Part shown: in pieces, positions 25,661 to 37,984 of the stretch
Layout of the letters: each line of letters begins with the position of its first letter
How positions within the stretch are numbered: the stretch's first letter is position 1
Assembly: GCF_000497125.1 (NCBI RefSeq)
Contig: NC_090599.1
Location: forward strand, 682,001-746,000
Direction: 5' to 3'
DNA: 64,000 nucleotides
DNA from: Spironucleus salmonicida
Taxonomy: Eukaryota
Notes under the pieces: generated by a model
What the model saw: only the letters and a program-made list of their open reading frames with translations
What the model was told of the DNA's origin: nothing
Databases searched by the model: none
Program-made: the position numbers and the translations under genes

Positions 25661-27898
25661 ATGAACGACGCCCTGCAAGCATTTCTGGATTCCTCAGACC
25701 CCAAATACCTTATTTTCACCCAAATACAGCCGATGCCTTTTCTTACACTTGTCTCGCAGCTCCCATTCCAAACGAATTAAATCCAAATCCTTAAAAATCA
25801 TCTACAGTAAAATCTCCCACCAGGGCTGATGCAGCAGCTCCTTCAATTTAACCAGCAGATTGGTCTCACAGCAGATAGCTACAAGGCGCGCCGCTTTGCG
25901 CTGATTTTCGACCCGCAGAAACAGCTTGTTTTTGAACGACTCGTGGACCGCACTCTAACCGTACGCCAAGCGGCACTGCAGTGCGCAGTGGCATAAAACT
26001 TCTTATAGGACGATATTTTGGCATAACGTTTCGTGGATGTCCTCGTGTAAACCTCGAAAACAGACGACCTGATCGGTGCAATGGACCTGAATCTGGTATC
26101 CCCGGTCATTATAAACTACCTCAAAACAGCTGGAAGCTGCCCAGCTGCTGCCGAAAAGCTGGCAGAAATCGACCAGATTTCGCCTTTCGAGAGCTTCCTG
26201 CAGGAGGGCGACGCATACTTAATCAAGTACTTTCAGAAGGTCATAAACGCCCCGAATGCGTCGCTTATCGATTTCCTGAACGCCTACGTTGAACGCGAGT
26301 TCGAATTACTCCCGTGTGCGATAAACTCGATTCGTCACTCCAAAAATCACCAAATTGTAAACTTTCTAGAGCGTAAAATCTCTGATTTGAACCTAAACCG
26401 CAATGTTTTAGCCGGAGCTTTAAATTAAATTAACACTGATGACTCGTTTGGCGGAATTTCGGTGGATATTTTCGCCGGAAATCAACTGGATTTAGGCGTC
26501 TTGTTTAAGAGTAATAAGGACAACTAAAGTCTGCAAAATACGCAACAGAATCTCGCGATATTCACTCTACTGATATAAGAAATTTAGCGAAATATTCACG
26601 GAAATCTGCAGCTCGCAAATGATATAATCGTTAACTATCTAAACCGCACAGACTCGTTCGCGCTCGGAAAGCACATTACCATGCTAGATTTCGTCTTTAA
26701 CTGCATGGCTCAGAGTTCGCAGCTCCACGACGAGAATCTTGAGGATGTTTCAGCGTTTGTCAAGCAAATTGACAGGTAAATTTCGCAATTTTACGTGTCC
26801 TGCAAAACGAGTTTTTCGACGGATTCTGACTTCTATTTTTAGATAGTTTCTATATCTACCGGAATTGTAAATTAAATTGCATTTTTCGCTCCTCATGAAG
26901 AGCTTTTGGGCGTTGTTTTGCACTGCCGAAACACGCTCGGCAAGCTCGCGACAATGATATTTGGGTAGTTATTCAGTTTAGAGATTCGTGCAGAAATCGG
27001 TTTTCTGAGGTCTGTGTATGTTTACACGATTTTGGGGGCCAACATTTCACTGCTGACGCCGTCGATCAAGGACTATCAGTTTGACGTAATTCGTAAGTGG
27101 GCAGAGCAGCTGGTTGGCCAGGTGAATATATACTCAGAGGACACTTTTTTGAAGTCTATCGTATATGGGGAGCAAGAGCCTGAGCAGAATGCGGCATTGA
27201 TAGCTTTCACAGTCGAGAATGTGGTCGATTTAGTTAATATTTTGTTACAGTTCGATAATAAATTTGACATGGATGCGTTGATGGTTTAAATTGCTCGATT
27301 GGTATATCATGTTATGAATTCTAATACATTAAGAGGGTGTGTTGATTGCTAGAGCCTGATATTCACCTATTTTTAACCAATTTTGGGACGGTTATTTGAG
27401 CTTGCAAGTTTTACATCTAATTTTCTTCATTTTGGCGTTTTATTAGGTATTATTGTGCTGAATGTACCATAGGGTGAACGTTTTGTAATATTTTTATTCG
27501 ATTAGCTGTTAACATAAGGTGCTGATTACTTAATAGTAACCGAAATATTGGTAGGAGTTCTAGCAGTTAACGAGTGCTATAAATTTGGCGAAGAAATAGG
27601 ATGTACTGAAATTGTTAATAAATGCTCCAAAATAAACGTTCTACCAGTTATTTTCCTTTGTTATCGTCAGAGTAAGCAAGTAGAGCGCAGTATCGAAAAA
27701 TTAATTACTCTCGGGATATCAGTATTGCCATAGGAATAACGATCCGCATGTTAAATCTAAATGCGTAAGTTAGAATGTGATATTGAGGTAGATGCCGGTA
27801 CTGAGGATGCAGGCTAAGGATTTAGAGCTGAATATATTAAGAAGCTTGGAAAATTATGTTCACGTCCGGCTGGACTTATCGACCGTATATATGAATGA
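25661..27898 (+). CDS. Alpha-helical / HEAT-repeat-like protein, 745 aa
   Basis: Track ORFs 26081, 27014 and 27548 share one frame; HEAT-like ERLVDRTLTVRQAAL. Confidence 0.75.
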
Positions 27899-28384
27899 AT
27901 GTTACAATTTAATTTTTATAAATAATAAATTTTTTCACTTTGTATGAAGGCCTACTATTGAAAAAATAACTATATTAAGCTTTTATTTTCTACTATTATA
28001 AGACATTATAACAATATAAAACTAAGAAATCCGCGATCCGGCCGCCGCGCAGGTTCGCTGAAGCGCGCCCCTTCCCATTCCCTCGGGCCCCTGCTCGGGA
28101 GCTGCTGGGCAACCGCCTCTCTGGGGCAGACAGCGCGAGCCACGGTACCTCCCGTCGATGCAGCATGCGGAGCACCGGGTACCGCGCCTCAGTCCCCCAG
28201 GAAGCTGGACTGGCGCCTCGGCCTGTCTCGCCGCGGCTCCGGCCTGGCCTCGGAGGGCGACGGCACGCGGTACGCCTGCTATCGTGTGCGCTGCGTGCCC
28301 AGGATCTGTGATATAGGCGGCTGCGGGGGCACCGGCTGGGACATGCCGCTCTGGCGCGCGCGGGACGGGCGCATTTCGGAAGGG

Positions 28385-29173
28385 TCAGTCGCGGCGGGCG
28401 CGGCGGAGGAGGGCGGCGATGGCGAAGGCGACCAGCAGCCAGAGGCCGGCGCTGATGCCGATGACGACCTGCACGGCGGTGGTGATGCCCGGCAGCACCC
28501 CGGTGGGGGCGCAGTACCAGGCCGTGATGTTGCGGAACATCTGCGGGCGCGTGGCGGTGTCCCCGGTGCCAAAGGCGAGCACCCCGTACTCTAGCGCGCC
28601 CCGGGCGGCCTCGCACCGCAGCCGGAAGGGCGGGGGCGCCGAGGTGGACACCGCGCAGCCCCCGTCGAGGCAGATCGCGGCGGGGCACCACTGGAAGGAG
28701 CGGCCCAAGCCGCAGTCCGCCACGCCCGAGGTGCGGACGGTGCAGTAGTCCAGCGCGCTCTGGGGGTCCAGCGGGCAGTAGGAGCCGCCCTGCACCGAGA
28801 AGAACGCCGCGGGAGCCCCCGCCGGGGTGCCGCCCAGGGCCCGGCAGGCGGCCAGGAAGAGCGCGTGCGGCACGCCGGGGCCCCAGACCTCCAGCGAGCC
28901 CGTTGCGCATAGCACCGGGTCCGGGGAGTAGAAGCCCCCGCACGTGTACGGGGCGGGGAGGCGCTGGCAGTTGCGGCACCAGGCCCGCGCGGTTAGCGTC
29001 TGGGCGGGGGAGGTCAGCTCGAGCATGGAGGCGACCAGGACGCCAGCGCGCCGCCGGCAGCTGTCCAGCAGGTCCTAGGCGCCCATGAAGTTGTTGGTGA
29101 GCGGCGTGCCGTCGGGGGCGCAGAGCAGCTGGATGGTGCGGGCGTGGAAGGCGCCGCAGGTGGTGCCGTACAT
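28385..29173 (-). CDS. Cys-rich membrane protein with C-terminal TM, 262 aa (IR3 copy A)
   Basis: Mirror of 34495..35283. Confidence 0.75.
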
Positions 29174-29213
29174 TGTGGAGGGGCGGAGGGGACATGGCCC
29201 AAGCAGGAAAGCC

Positions 29214-29495
29214 TCACTCGACGAGCAGCACGCGCTCCACAAACCGCCCCGGCACCAGCAGCTCCTTGCGCTGCACCAGGTCGTACCCCGCGTGCGCCTC
29301 CGGGCTGGGAAGCGGCCTCTCAGCGTCGTCGCGGGGCACGAACTGCGTCACGTCGCGCAGCATGAAGCTCAGGTCGTACTCCAGGGCCGCGAGAGCCCCG
29401 CGCACGTGGAAGCCGTTGGTTAGCTGCAGCTGCACGACCGCGCCAAGGAAGCGCTCCCCGAACGCCTGCGCATCCGGCGTCTTCAACTCCGGCAT
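29214..29495 (-). CDS. Sm/LSm-fold protein, 93 aa (IR3 copy A)
   Basis: Mirror of 34173..34454. Confidence 0.75.
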   Translation of the reverse strand: MPELKTPDAQAFGERFLGAVVQLQLTNGFHVRGALAALEYDLSFMLRDVTQFVPRDDAERPLPSPEAHAGYDLVQRKELLVPGRFVERVLLVE

Positions 29496-29512
29496 TCAGT
29501 GGAAGGGAAGAA

Positions 29513-29881
29513 TCAGTCCAGCTCGGTGGCGTAGTGCACGCCGAAGTCCGTCCCCGCCATGGGCCCGGCCGCCAGCTGCTGGAGCCTGCGCCGGTTCGCG
29601 TTCCGTAGGCCTGCGTGGGCAGCCTCGCGGTCTGCCATCTCCCCCACCGAGGTCGCCGCGCCCCGCCGGGTCTGCCGGTGCTTCTCCGCCTCCAGCGCCC
29701 GCACCTCGTCCAGCAGCTCGTGCGCGCGCCCCCGCAGACGGCCCAGCAGCAGCTCGTCGGGGCACGCCTGGCGGAGGTAGCGCAGGACTGGGGCCTCTGG
29801 CACGCAGGTGTACTGGGAGGGTGTGTAGGCGGCAGCGGGCTGCTGGCGGGCGGCCTGCTCGTGCTTCCGGATGTACGCCAT
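29513..29881 (-). CDS. Hypothetical protein, 122 aa (IR3 copy A)
   Basis: Mirror of 33787..34155. Confidence 0.65.
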   Translation of the reverse strand: MAYIRKHEQAARQQPAAAYTPSQYTCVPEAPVLRYLRQACPDELLLGRLRGRAHELLDEVRALEAEKHRQTRRGAATSVGEMADREAAHAGLRNANRRRLQQLAAGPMAGTDFGVHYATELD

Positions 29882-30068
29882 TTCTGGGCGGGCCAGTTCG
29901 GGATATATAAGTAGTAATTTCTGGAACAAGGATATAGATATATATGATTTCCCATAATAAAAACAAGTTAACTACACAGTAAGCATTAAAGACTATTAGT
30001 TTAATTATAGTAGGATGAATAACTTATATATATTATCTCTCAATTATTTATCCACTCCATATTCCTAA

Positions 30069-33000
30069 ATGCTATCCTAAATTAAAAATCTAAAAAACGT
30101 CATTATAGCACTAGGAACAGTTAAAATTCACGAATTATATTAACACATATCTCCAGATTGTAGGTAACATTAAAATTTGATTTAGAATTACTTGTTAAAA
30201 ATTCCGCATTTAATTATTAAATAGGACTAGCTAACATTACCAGACTAATACCGCATTAAATATCTATCTTTAAATCTTATATGTTCCAAATACCCTCAGT
30301 TAAGTAAGATTTATTTCATTATTTCTTCATCTCTTTTTCATGGCTTCGACTAATAATAATTGATGCGATTTACTAATCTCGATGCTAAATAAGTATCAAG
30401 ATTTGTTTTGATACTTGTTTAAGCAAATTTAGTCATATAAACTAAAGGAAAAATTTTATTTGCAACTTTTATTCTATAGCAGGAGTATCCTGAATATGTT
30501 TTACAAACCTTTTCTTAAATCAATACTGCAAATACATTATATGATTTGGTAGAATTTAATAAGATATTTTAAAATATAGTTACTAGTGTATCAGTATTAC
30601 TTGATTCATAGTTTAAAAACTAAAATTTAGAGAACACAATATAGCAGGTTTCAAATTTTTAAGCTTGTTGGAAACCTGAGATTTTCATAGAAACCTTAAT
30701 AAAGTATAATTTAATTGAAATAAAAATTGTTGGGAAACGAAAAATTTTTATTAAAAAATAAGCAGATACCAAATAGTTTATCAGCCCTAATTTTTCTATT
30801 TTTACACCTATTTTTGCACCAACGCGTGTAGTAAAACTACATTCTTTGGATATTTTGCAAGCTACGCATGGTTAAGGGCTTGTTTTATTAATAAAATAAT
30901 ATTTCACACATGAATCTACTAAAATGTCTACGCATTTAAAACCAATGTTGGAAGCTAATTACCATATGAAAATAAATGAAAGCGGTCTAATAACGTCTTT
31001 AAAAAGAGAGCAGCATGACAATTCAGAAATCTGTAAAGATGAAGCTATTGATTCAGATACGGTACCAAAAGGGGATCGAGCAGTTGTACTGAAAACAATT
31101 CTAGATAATGTTTAATTTATAGAAATTTTTTAACTTTTTCATATTTTGTAGCTTAAAATTTATGCATAAGGTGATTTTGTTAAAATAGACAATAAATATA
31201 GGATTAGGTTTCTATAGTAATGTTAAAAATAATATAATATTCAGAGTGTAACCATTAATGGTATATAATTTTTATTTTTAAAGGATAATGGAACTACTGA
31301 AGAGTCTATTGCAAATTGTTTAAATAAAGAGAATACATTTGAAAATTAATATTTTCTTAATTCTCAATAAGAACATCAGTTATATTTGTTAGATACTATT
31401 AAAAACCTATCAGAACTAATAATATTTAACAAAATTTTTAGAGACTCATGTTTTTATGTTGATAGCTTACTAGCTTATTTAACACCATAACAACTCATAA
31501 ATATAGATTATAATTTAGGAATTTGTGTATTATAAAATATTTGTGAGTTTACATAGAGATAAATGTTGAATACACCTGTAATTTTGCTTCCAATTGACTT
31601 ATAAGTTCTCATTCTGAAAAATTATTAGGATTACATTAAATTTAAATCATTTATTACAATAGAAATTAAAAAACTGTTATAATTAGGATTTTTAGAGTAA
31701 ATTCCTCTTAAAATTGGAATTAATGATTTTTATATTGCAAGAATTAATAATACTTCCTGTGAGAAAATAGCTATTAGAATTAGATCAGTATTTTAGTTCG
31801 AAGTAACAAAATTTATTGATAAAGAATATTGTAGTATCATTGAAGATTTAACTTTCATAAACAAAACAGAAGCGTAGTATTTTATAGAATATTCTTATTA
31901 AATTCAATCTTTTAAAATTCCTTTTATTTTTGCTAATTATTTTTACTAACTATTAACCATTCTTAATTAATAAGTTACTAAAACATTTCCTTTTCCAAGT
32001 TATATTAATTTAGAACTAGATAAAAATTTAATTATTGATACAGAGTATAATGAAATTATTTAAAATATACATAATATTTTATAAATCTAGAATTTCTGCC
32101 CCTAATAAGAAAAATTAAAGATTAAAAAATATTTACATAATGTTTCAGGTTCTATTATACATATTGAATAGCTTTAAATAGAAAATATAACCTAAAATTA
32201 AATACTAGTTACTATTATTAAACTGAAATAGTAAAACTCTATAAGGGCTAAGAAAGCTATTTATTTTCTAAATTAGAAGAGATTTTTACCATTTGACTTA
32301 GATAATTTAAGCCAATTTCATGTAGTAATTAATTAAGATCTTACTACTAAATCTCATCATAGACAGAAATCATCTGAAGAACTCTCAAAATTGCATTAAA
32401 AACGAGTTATTACACATGTATCGCATATTGATAATAAAGAATATCTTAGGTTTTCGAGCTTACAGCGTATTAATAAAAGTGTTATAAGTGCTCGCCTTCA
32501 TAAAATGCACTTTTAGCATTTTAAACCTCATAAGCTTAACATTTAATATACAGTGAAAAAGCAGCACCAAAATACGATTTCAACTAAGGTTTCACTTCCA
32601 TTTTCCATTAAAAAATCAATTTTTCAATTCGCTGAATCCACACTTTAGCTAAAAAAAGGTTCTTGGGGTGAATATTTGAACTTGCGGGATACAAGCAAAT
32701 CACCAGAAATCTATGAGCTTTATGTACAAATTATAAAAGACTAAACTGTGCCAAAAGACTGCATTTTGCAAGATTTTTTTTACGCCTCGGGACTGCTTAC
32801 AAAGGATTTTAAACTGCCCCGTGCGATCAGATACGCACCGTTCGTGAAAACCTTCAAATTCGATCATTCAGAGGCTTCTGGGGTCCAGCTTAGCATTCTT
32901 CAGGATCTGGCACTGGTCAGAAATGTGTTGATTTTCGATGATAAAACGGTGAAAACGAGCGAAATGCTAGCCCAAAACGACGCAGAATTCGTCGAAATTG

Positions 33001-33650
33001 AGGCCGAAATTGCGAATTCTGGAGCATTTCCGTTCCATTTTGACCTCAAAATTACAGCATTTGACCAGAAGGAAATTGACGATTTAGATACCAGCATAAT
33101 GAGCCTCTAGAACTCTCAACAAATTGCCGTTGCGAGCGTTTATGATGATATTTTGGAGTAGAGCCAATTTTCACTCAGGCGCTCAAGCTACAAAGGCGGG
33201 TATGAGGAGGGGAAAAATGCTGATATTGGAGCGGATTAGTAGGTTAAATGCGAGTTAGAAACTTAGAATTAGGTAGTTTTGTTACTGAATGAATAATAAT
33301 AAGAAAGTTTAATCTAAAAATTTACGTGCAACGAAATTGAGCTTGTGGGCAGCAAAAATGGGTTTTAGGAAGAGCTCCCAGAAGAATTTATTAGGGATAT
33401 TAGTATTTGTATACTCGATTTTATTTATGTAAATCCTGGAAATAATGTTATGAGCATGCTATGCAAATTTTTTATGGTTCTACCAGTCGTCATAATTCGC
33501 GTTATCAATGTTTTGAGCTATGACTTTTTGGTCGAAATTAGGGATTCTAGAGGTTATGTTGCCAGATGCCTTACTGGGAAGGTAGAGGAAGAATCATGGA
33601 CGCTTAGGACTAGTTATGAGAATTATAGGCGTTTTGTCTAGTAGGAGTGA
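30069..33650 (+). CDS. Large hypothetical protein, ~1193 aa, with an N-terminal winged-helix-like motif; fills the IR3 spacer
   Basis: Track ORFs 30924, 32748 and 33450 share one frame; ends GAGTGA. Alternative ATG at 30015. The middle was not checked codon by codon. Confidence 0.8.
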
Positions 33651-33786
33651 TTTAACGGTAAATATTTTATTAATTGGCGTTTTTAGTACTAAGTTTGTTG
33701 TTTATCCTATTGAACTAAGGTAATAAATTATACTTATTTTTTCCAGGAAATTACTACTTATATATCCCGAACTGGCCCGCCCAGAA

Positions 33787-34155
33787 ATGGCGTACATCCG
33801 GAAGCACGAGCAGGCCGCCCGCCAGCAGCCCGCTGCCGCCTACACACCCTCCCAGTACACCTGCGTGCCAGAGGCCCCAGTCCTGCGCTACCTCCGCCAG
33901 GCGTGCCCCGACGAGCTGTTGCTGGGCCGTCTGCGGGGGCGCGCGCACGAGCTGCTGGACGAGGTGCGGGCGCTGGAGGCGGAGAAGCACCGGCAGACCC
34001 GGCGGGGCGCGGCGACCTCGGTGGGGGAGATGGCAGACCGCGAGGCTGCCCACGCAGGCCTACGGAACGCGAACCGGCGCAGGCTCCAGCAGCTGGCGGC
34101 CGGGCCCATGGCGGGGACGGACTTCGGCGTGCACTACGCCACCGAGCTGGACTGA
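33787..34155 (+). CDS. Hypothetical protein, 122 aa (IR3 copy B)
   Basis: GC3 bias; AT-rich element and C-rich tract before ATG. Confidence 0.65.
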   Translation: MAYIRKHEQAARQQPAAAYTPSQYTCVPEAPVLRYLRQACPDELLLGRLRGRAHELLDEVRALEAEKHRQTRRGAATSVGEMADREAAHAGLRNANRRRLQQLAAGPMAGTDFGVHYATELD

Positions 34156-34172
34156 TTCTTCCCTTCCACTGA

Positions 34173-34454
34173 ATGCCGGAGTTGAAGACGCCGGATGCGC
34201 AGGCGTTCGGGGAGCGCTTCCTTGGCGCGGTCGTGCAGCTGCAGCTAACCAACGGCTTCCACGTGCGCGGGGCTCTCGCGGCCCTGGAGTACGACCTGAG
34301 CTTCATGCTGCGCGACGTGACGCAGTTCGTGCCCCGCGACGACGCTGAGAGGCCGCTTCCCAGCCCGGAGGCGCACGCGGGGTACGACCTGGTGCAGCGC
34401 AAGGAGCTGCTGGTGCCGGGGCGGTTTGTGGAGCGCGTGCTGCTCGTCGAGTGA
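34173..34454 (+). CDS. Sm/LSm-fold protein, possibly Naa38/Mak31-like, 93 aa (IR3 copy B)
   Basis: Sm1-like FLGAVVQLQLTNGFHVRGALAALEYDLSFMLRDV; Sm2-like LLVPGRFVERV; stop in AGTGA. Confidence 0.75.
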   Translation: MPELKTPDAQAFGERFLGAVVQLQLTNGFHVRGALAALEYDLSFMLRDVTQFVPRDDAERPLPSPEAHAGYDLVQRKELLVPGRFVERVLLVE

Positions 34455-34494
34455 GGCTTTCCTGCTTGGGCCATGTCCCCTCCGCCCCTCCACA

Positions 34495-35283
34495 ATGTAC
34501 GGCACCACCTGCGGCGCCTTCCACGCCCGCACCATCCAGCTGCTCTGCGCCCCCGACGGCACGCCGCTCACCAACAACTTCATGGGCGCCTAGGACCTGC
34601 TGGACAGCTGCCGGCGGCGCGCTGGCGTCCTGGTCGCCTCCATGCTCGAGCTGACCTCCCCCGCCCAGACGCTAACCGCGCGGGCCTGGTGCCGCAACTG
34701 CCAGCGCCTCCCCGCCCCGTACACGTGCGGGGGCTTCTACTCCCCGGACCCGGTGCTATGCGCAACGGGCTCGCTGGAGGTCTGGGGCCCCGGCGTGCCG
34801 CACGCGCTCTTCCTGGCCGCCTGCCGGGCCCTGGGCGGCACCCCGGCGGGGGCTCCCGCGGCGTTCTTCTCGGTGCAGGGCGGCGCCTACTGCCCGCTGG
34901 ACCCCCAGAGCGCGCTGGACTACTGCACCGTCCGCACCTCGGGCGTGGCGGACTGCGGCTTGGGCCGCTCCTTCCAGTGGTGCCCCGCCGCGATCTGCCT
35001 CGACGGGGGCTGCGCGGTGTCCACCTCGGCGCCCCCGCCCTTCCGGCTGCGGTGCGAGGCCGCCCGGGGCGCGCTAGAGTACGGGGTGCTCGCCTTTGGC
35101 ACCGGGGACACCGCCACGCGCCCGCAGATGTTCCGCAACATCACGGCCTGGTACTGCGCCCCCACCGGGGTGCTGCCGGGCATCACCACCGCCGTGCAGG
35201 TCGTCATCGGCATCAGCGCCGGCCTCTGGCTGCTGGTCGCCTTCGCCATCGCCGCCCTCCTCCGCCGCGCCCGCCGCGACTGA
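34495..35283 (+). CDS. Cys-rich membrane protein, 262 aa (IR3 copy B)
   Basis: Many Cys, C-terminal TM VVIGISAGLWLLVAFAIAALL and basic tail RRARRD; one TAG=Gln. Confidence 0.75.
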
Positions 35284-35293
35284 CCCTTCCGAA

Positions 35294-35479
35294 ATGCGCC
35301 CGTCCCGCGCGCGCCAGAGCGGCATGTCCCAGCCGGTGCCCCCGCAGCCGCCTATATCACAGATCCTGGGCACGCAGCGCACACGATAGCAGGCGTACCG
35401 CGTGCCGTCGCCCTCCGAGGCCAGGCCGGAGCCGCGGCGAGACAGGCCGAGGCGCCAGTCCAGCTTCCTGGGGGACTGA
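35294..35479 (+). CDS. Possible 61-aa Arg/Pro-rich microprotein; mirror at 28189..28374
   Basis: CCCTTCCGAAATG context, like neighbouring genes. Confidence 0.4.
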
Positions 35480-36016
35480 GGCGCGGTACCCGGTGCTCCG
35501 CATGCTGCATCGACGGGAGGTACCGTGGCTCGCGCTGTCTGCCACAGAGAGGCGGTTGCCCAGCAGCTCCCGAGCAGGGGCCCGAAGGAATAGGAAGGGG
35601 CGCGCTTCAGCGAACCTGCGCGGCGGCCGGATCGCGGATTTCTTAGTTATTAGGATGACTTTTTGTTTTTCTTGTACTTGATTACTCCAGCCTGATTAGA
35701 AGTATTTGCTAGATTTTGTATATACTTTTATTAGACTAGATGAAGTAAGTAAGGTTATTATATTCAAACTTATAATATATTACATTAACAACCTACATTT
35801 TACAAATAGACCTACTTAATGTTATAATTTATATTTTATTTTAAGGTTATGCGATTGGTATTAGTGAATGTTGAATATAATGTGAATACAAATATGAGGT
35901 TAATTATAATATGAATAATACAACAAAGAATTATTAGGATATACGTAAAATTAATTTTAAAAAATATTATATATTATGGTATTTTAGCTGAAGGTATATT
36001 CTTTCTTTTATTTAAA

Positions 36017-37516
36017 ATGACTGACACTATAGAAGTAAAAAATAAGGAAGAAAATACAAAGGTTAATAAAAAAGACGTATCTTATTTAGGAACTGGACCA
36101 ATATTACAAGTACTCCTATATTAATCTGTGAATAATATGTTGGGTTTTGTTATTGTAACATTGTATATGCTGGCTGATTCTGTGTTCATAGGCTAGTATC
36201 TTGGAGAACCAGGTTTAGCAGCTTCTTCACTAGGATTATCAATCGAGTTACTATTATGTATTATTGTCATTCAGTCACTATCCGTTGGTTCAATAGCTTT
36301 AATTGGCCCTGCTCTCGGATAAAATAGAATAGATGATGCTAGAAATTATGCCACATAATTTTTCCTCTTACTGGTTATCTATAATCTTATTGTACCTTGC
36401 TTTATGATACCCTTAAGAAAAATTATAGCGTAAGGATTAGGTGCAACTACAGAGCCAACCTATACATATCTTGAAAGTTATATTACTGTTATGTATTCTG
36501 GTGGTGTTCTAGCTTATACTATTAATGTAGGTCTACTACCACTTTTAAGGTAAGAGAATAAAGTTCGAGAAGCTATGGTTTTATAAATCGTTAGCTCCTT
36601 GCTTAATATTATACTTGATGCTATTTTCTTCAATCTAACATTAAGTTAGCTCGGTATGATGTGTGCAGCCTTATCTACTGTACTCTCATAACTTATCATT
36701 GATATTTGGATATTATATAATTTCTTTGGTGGGGTAAAATCAACAGTAATAAAATTTAGTAAGAAAGGCCTCAGATTCACCAAAGAATACCTTAAAACTA
36801 CATTTGCACAGTTTGTTCCAGCTGTTTCTAATACTGTTCCTATCATAGTGGAAATCGCACTGATGAATTCCCAAATATCTAAATATGGAGGAAACAAAGC
36901 AGTTTTCTATGGTGCTGTATATGGACTCATGTGTCGGTTAATATAGTTACTTGTGCAACCAAGATTAGGAATTTATTTCGGTTTTTTAGCTATAATTTCA
37001 TACAATCTAGGCCAAAAAAAGTTTTAAAGAATATAAAAACTTATTTATTATGCAGATTGGGTTACAATGTTCTTCTTAATTATAATTGACGCTATTCTTA
37101 TAGGATTAATGCCATATATTATTTTTATATTCAACACCGATCAGAAGTTTATTGATGAGGCCACTCCACTTCTCAGGATGAGCTTCGCGGGTCTTTTCAC
37201 CATGGGATCAATTTCAGTAGCGTCTGGGGTGTTATAGATGAGTGGATAAGTCGTAATTGCGACTCTAATTTAAGGATTTAGACTTACTATTGATATTATC
37301 TTGCTTTATACAATTCCACTCTTCTTAGATGTGAAATGGGTATTTTTAGTACCATCTATAACTGAAACTTGTGGATGTATCATTGGCTAAGTAGTATTAG
37401 CAACATAAACTCGTAAGTATAAAAGAATGGCTGAAACCCAAGCTTTAGAGTCAGAACTTGAACTATGTTCTTAAGTTGAAATAAGCGTATAAGATGGAGT
37501 TAAAGAAGAAAACTGA
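36017..37516 (+). CDS. MATE-family efflux transporter, 499 aa
   Basis: LGTGPILQVLL, TLYMLADSVFIGQYLGEPGLAA, IGPALGQ, LLNIILDAIFF, ISYNLGQKKFQRI. Seen only with TAR=Gln. Confidence 0.92.
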
Positions 37517-37984
37517 TATTGATTTCTATTAAGCTATTATTTTTAGTAAAGTATGCGATTTTTTATTAATATTCACTAGCATTTTTAATGCAAAATAAGA
37601 TTTATTATTATTATTTAAATTAAGGTATATAAGTATACGATGATAATTGTTCGCTAACTTTAAATAATATAAAAAACTAAATTGTACTTGTTTTTCCTTT
37701 TAATTTTTAGAATGTATCGTGAGGATAATTTTCTTTATCTACAAAAATAATTGACATTGCTAGAACAATAATACTAACATCAACTATATATAGGCTTTAT
37801 ACACCAAAATGATGTTGTTTAAAAAGTATTTTAGTATAAAATGTTACTAGAATATTAGTAACCTTAGAATAGTTAAGAAAAAGTTTAATTACATATCAAA
37901 GATTTTATCAAATGATTATTTATATTACAATTTATTATTAATATCTATCCATATTCTCATAATTTTATTGTTTTGTAATGTAAA

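Larger units (their letters stand above)
28020..29921. repeat. Inverted repeat IR3, left arm (~1.9 kb)
   Basis: Reverse complement of 33747..35648 (sum 63668). Mismatches seen at 28076, 28082, 28124, 28783 and 29749. Confidence 0.97.
33747..35648. repeat. IR3 right arm
   Basis: Reverse complement of 28020..29921. Confidence 0.97.

Noticed and set aside
27996-35681. ~400-aa Arg/Pro/Gly-rich ORFs in the IR3 arms
   Set aside because: Off-frame products of GC-rich DNA overlapping better-supported genes.
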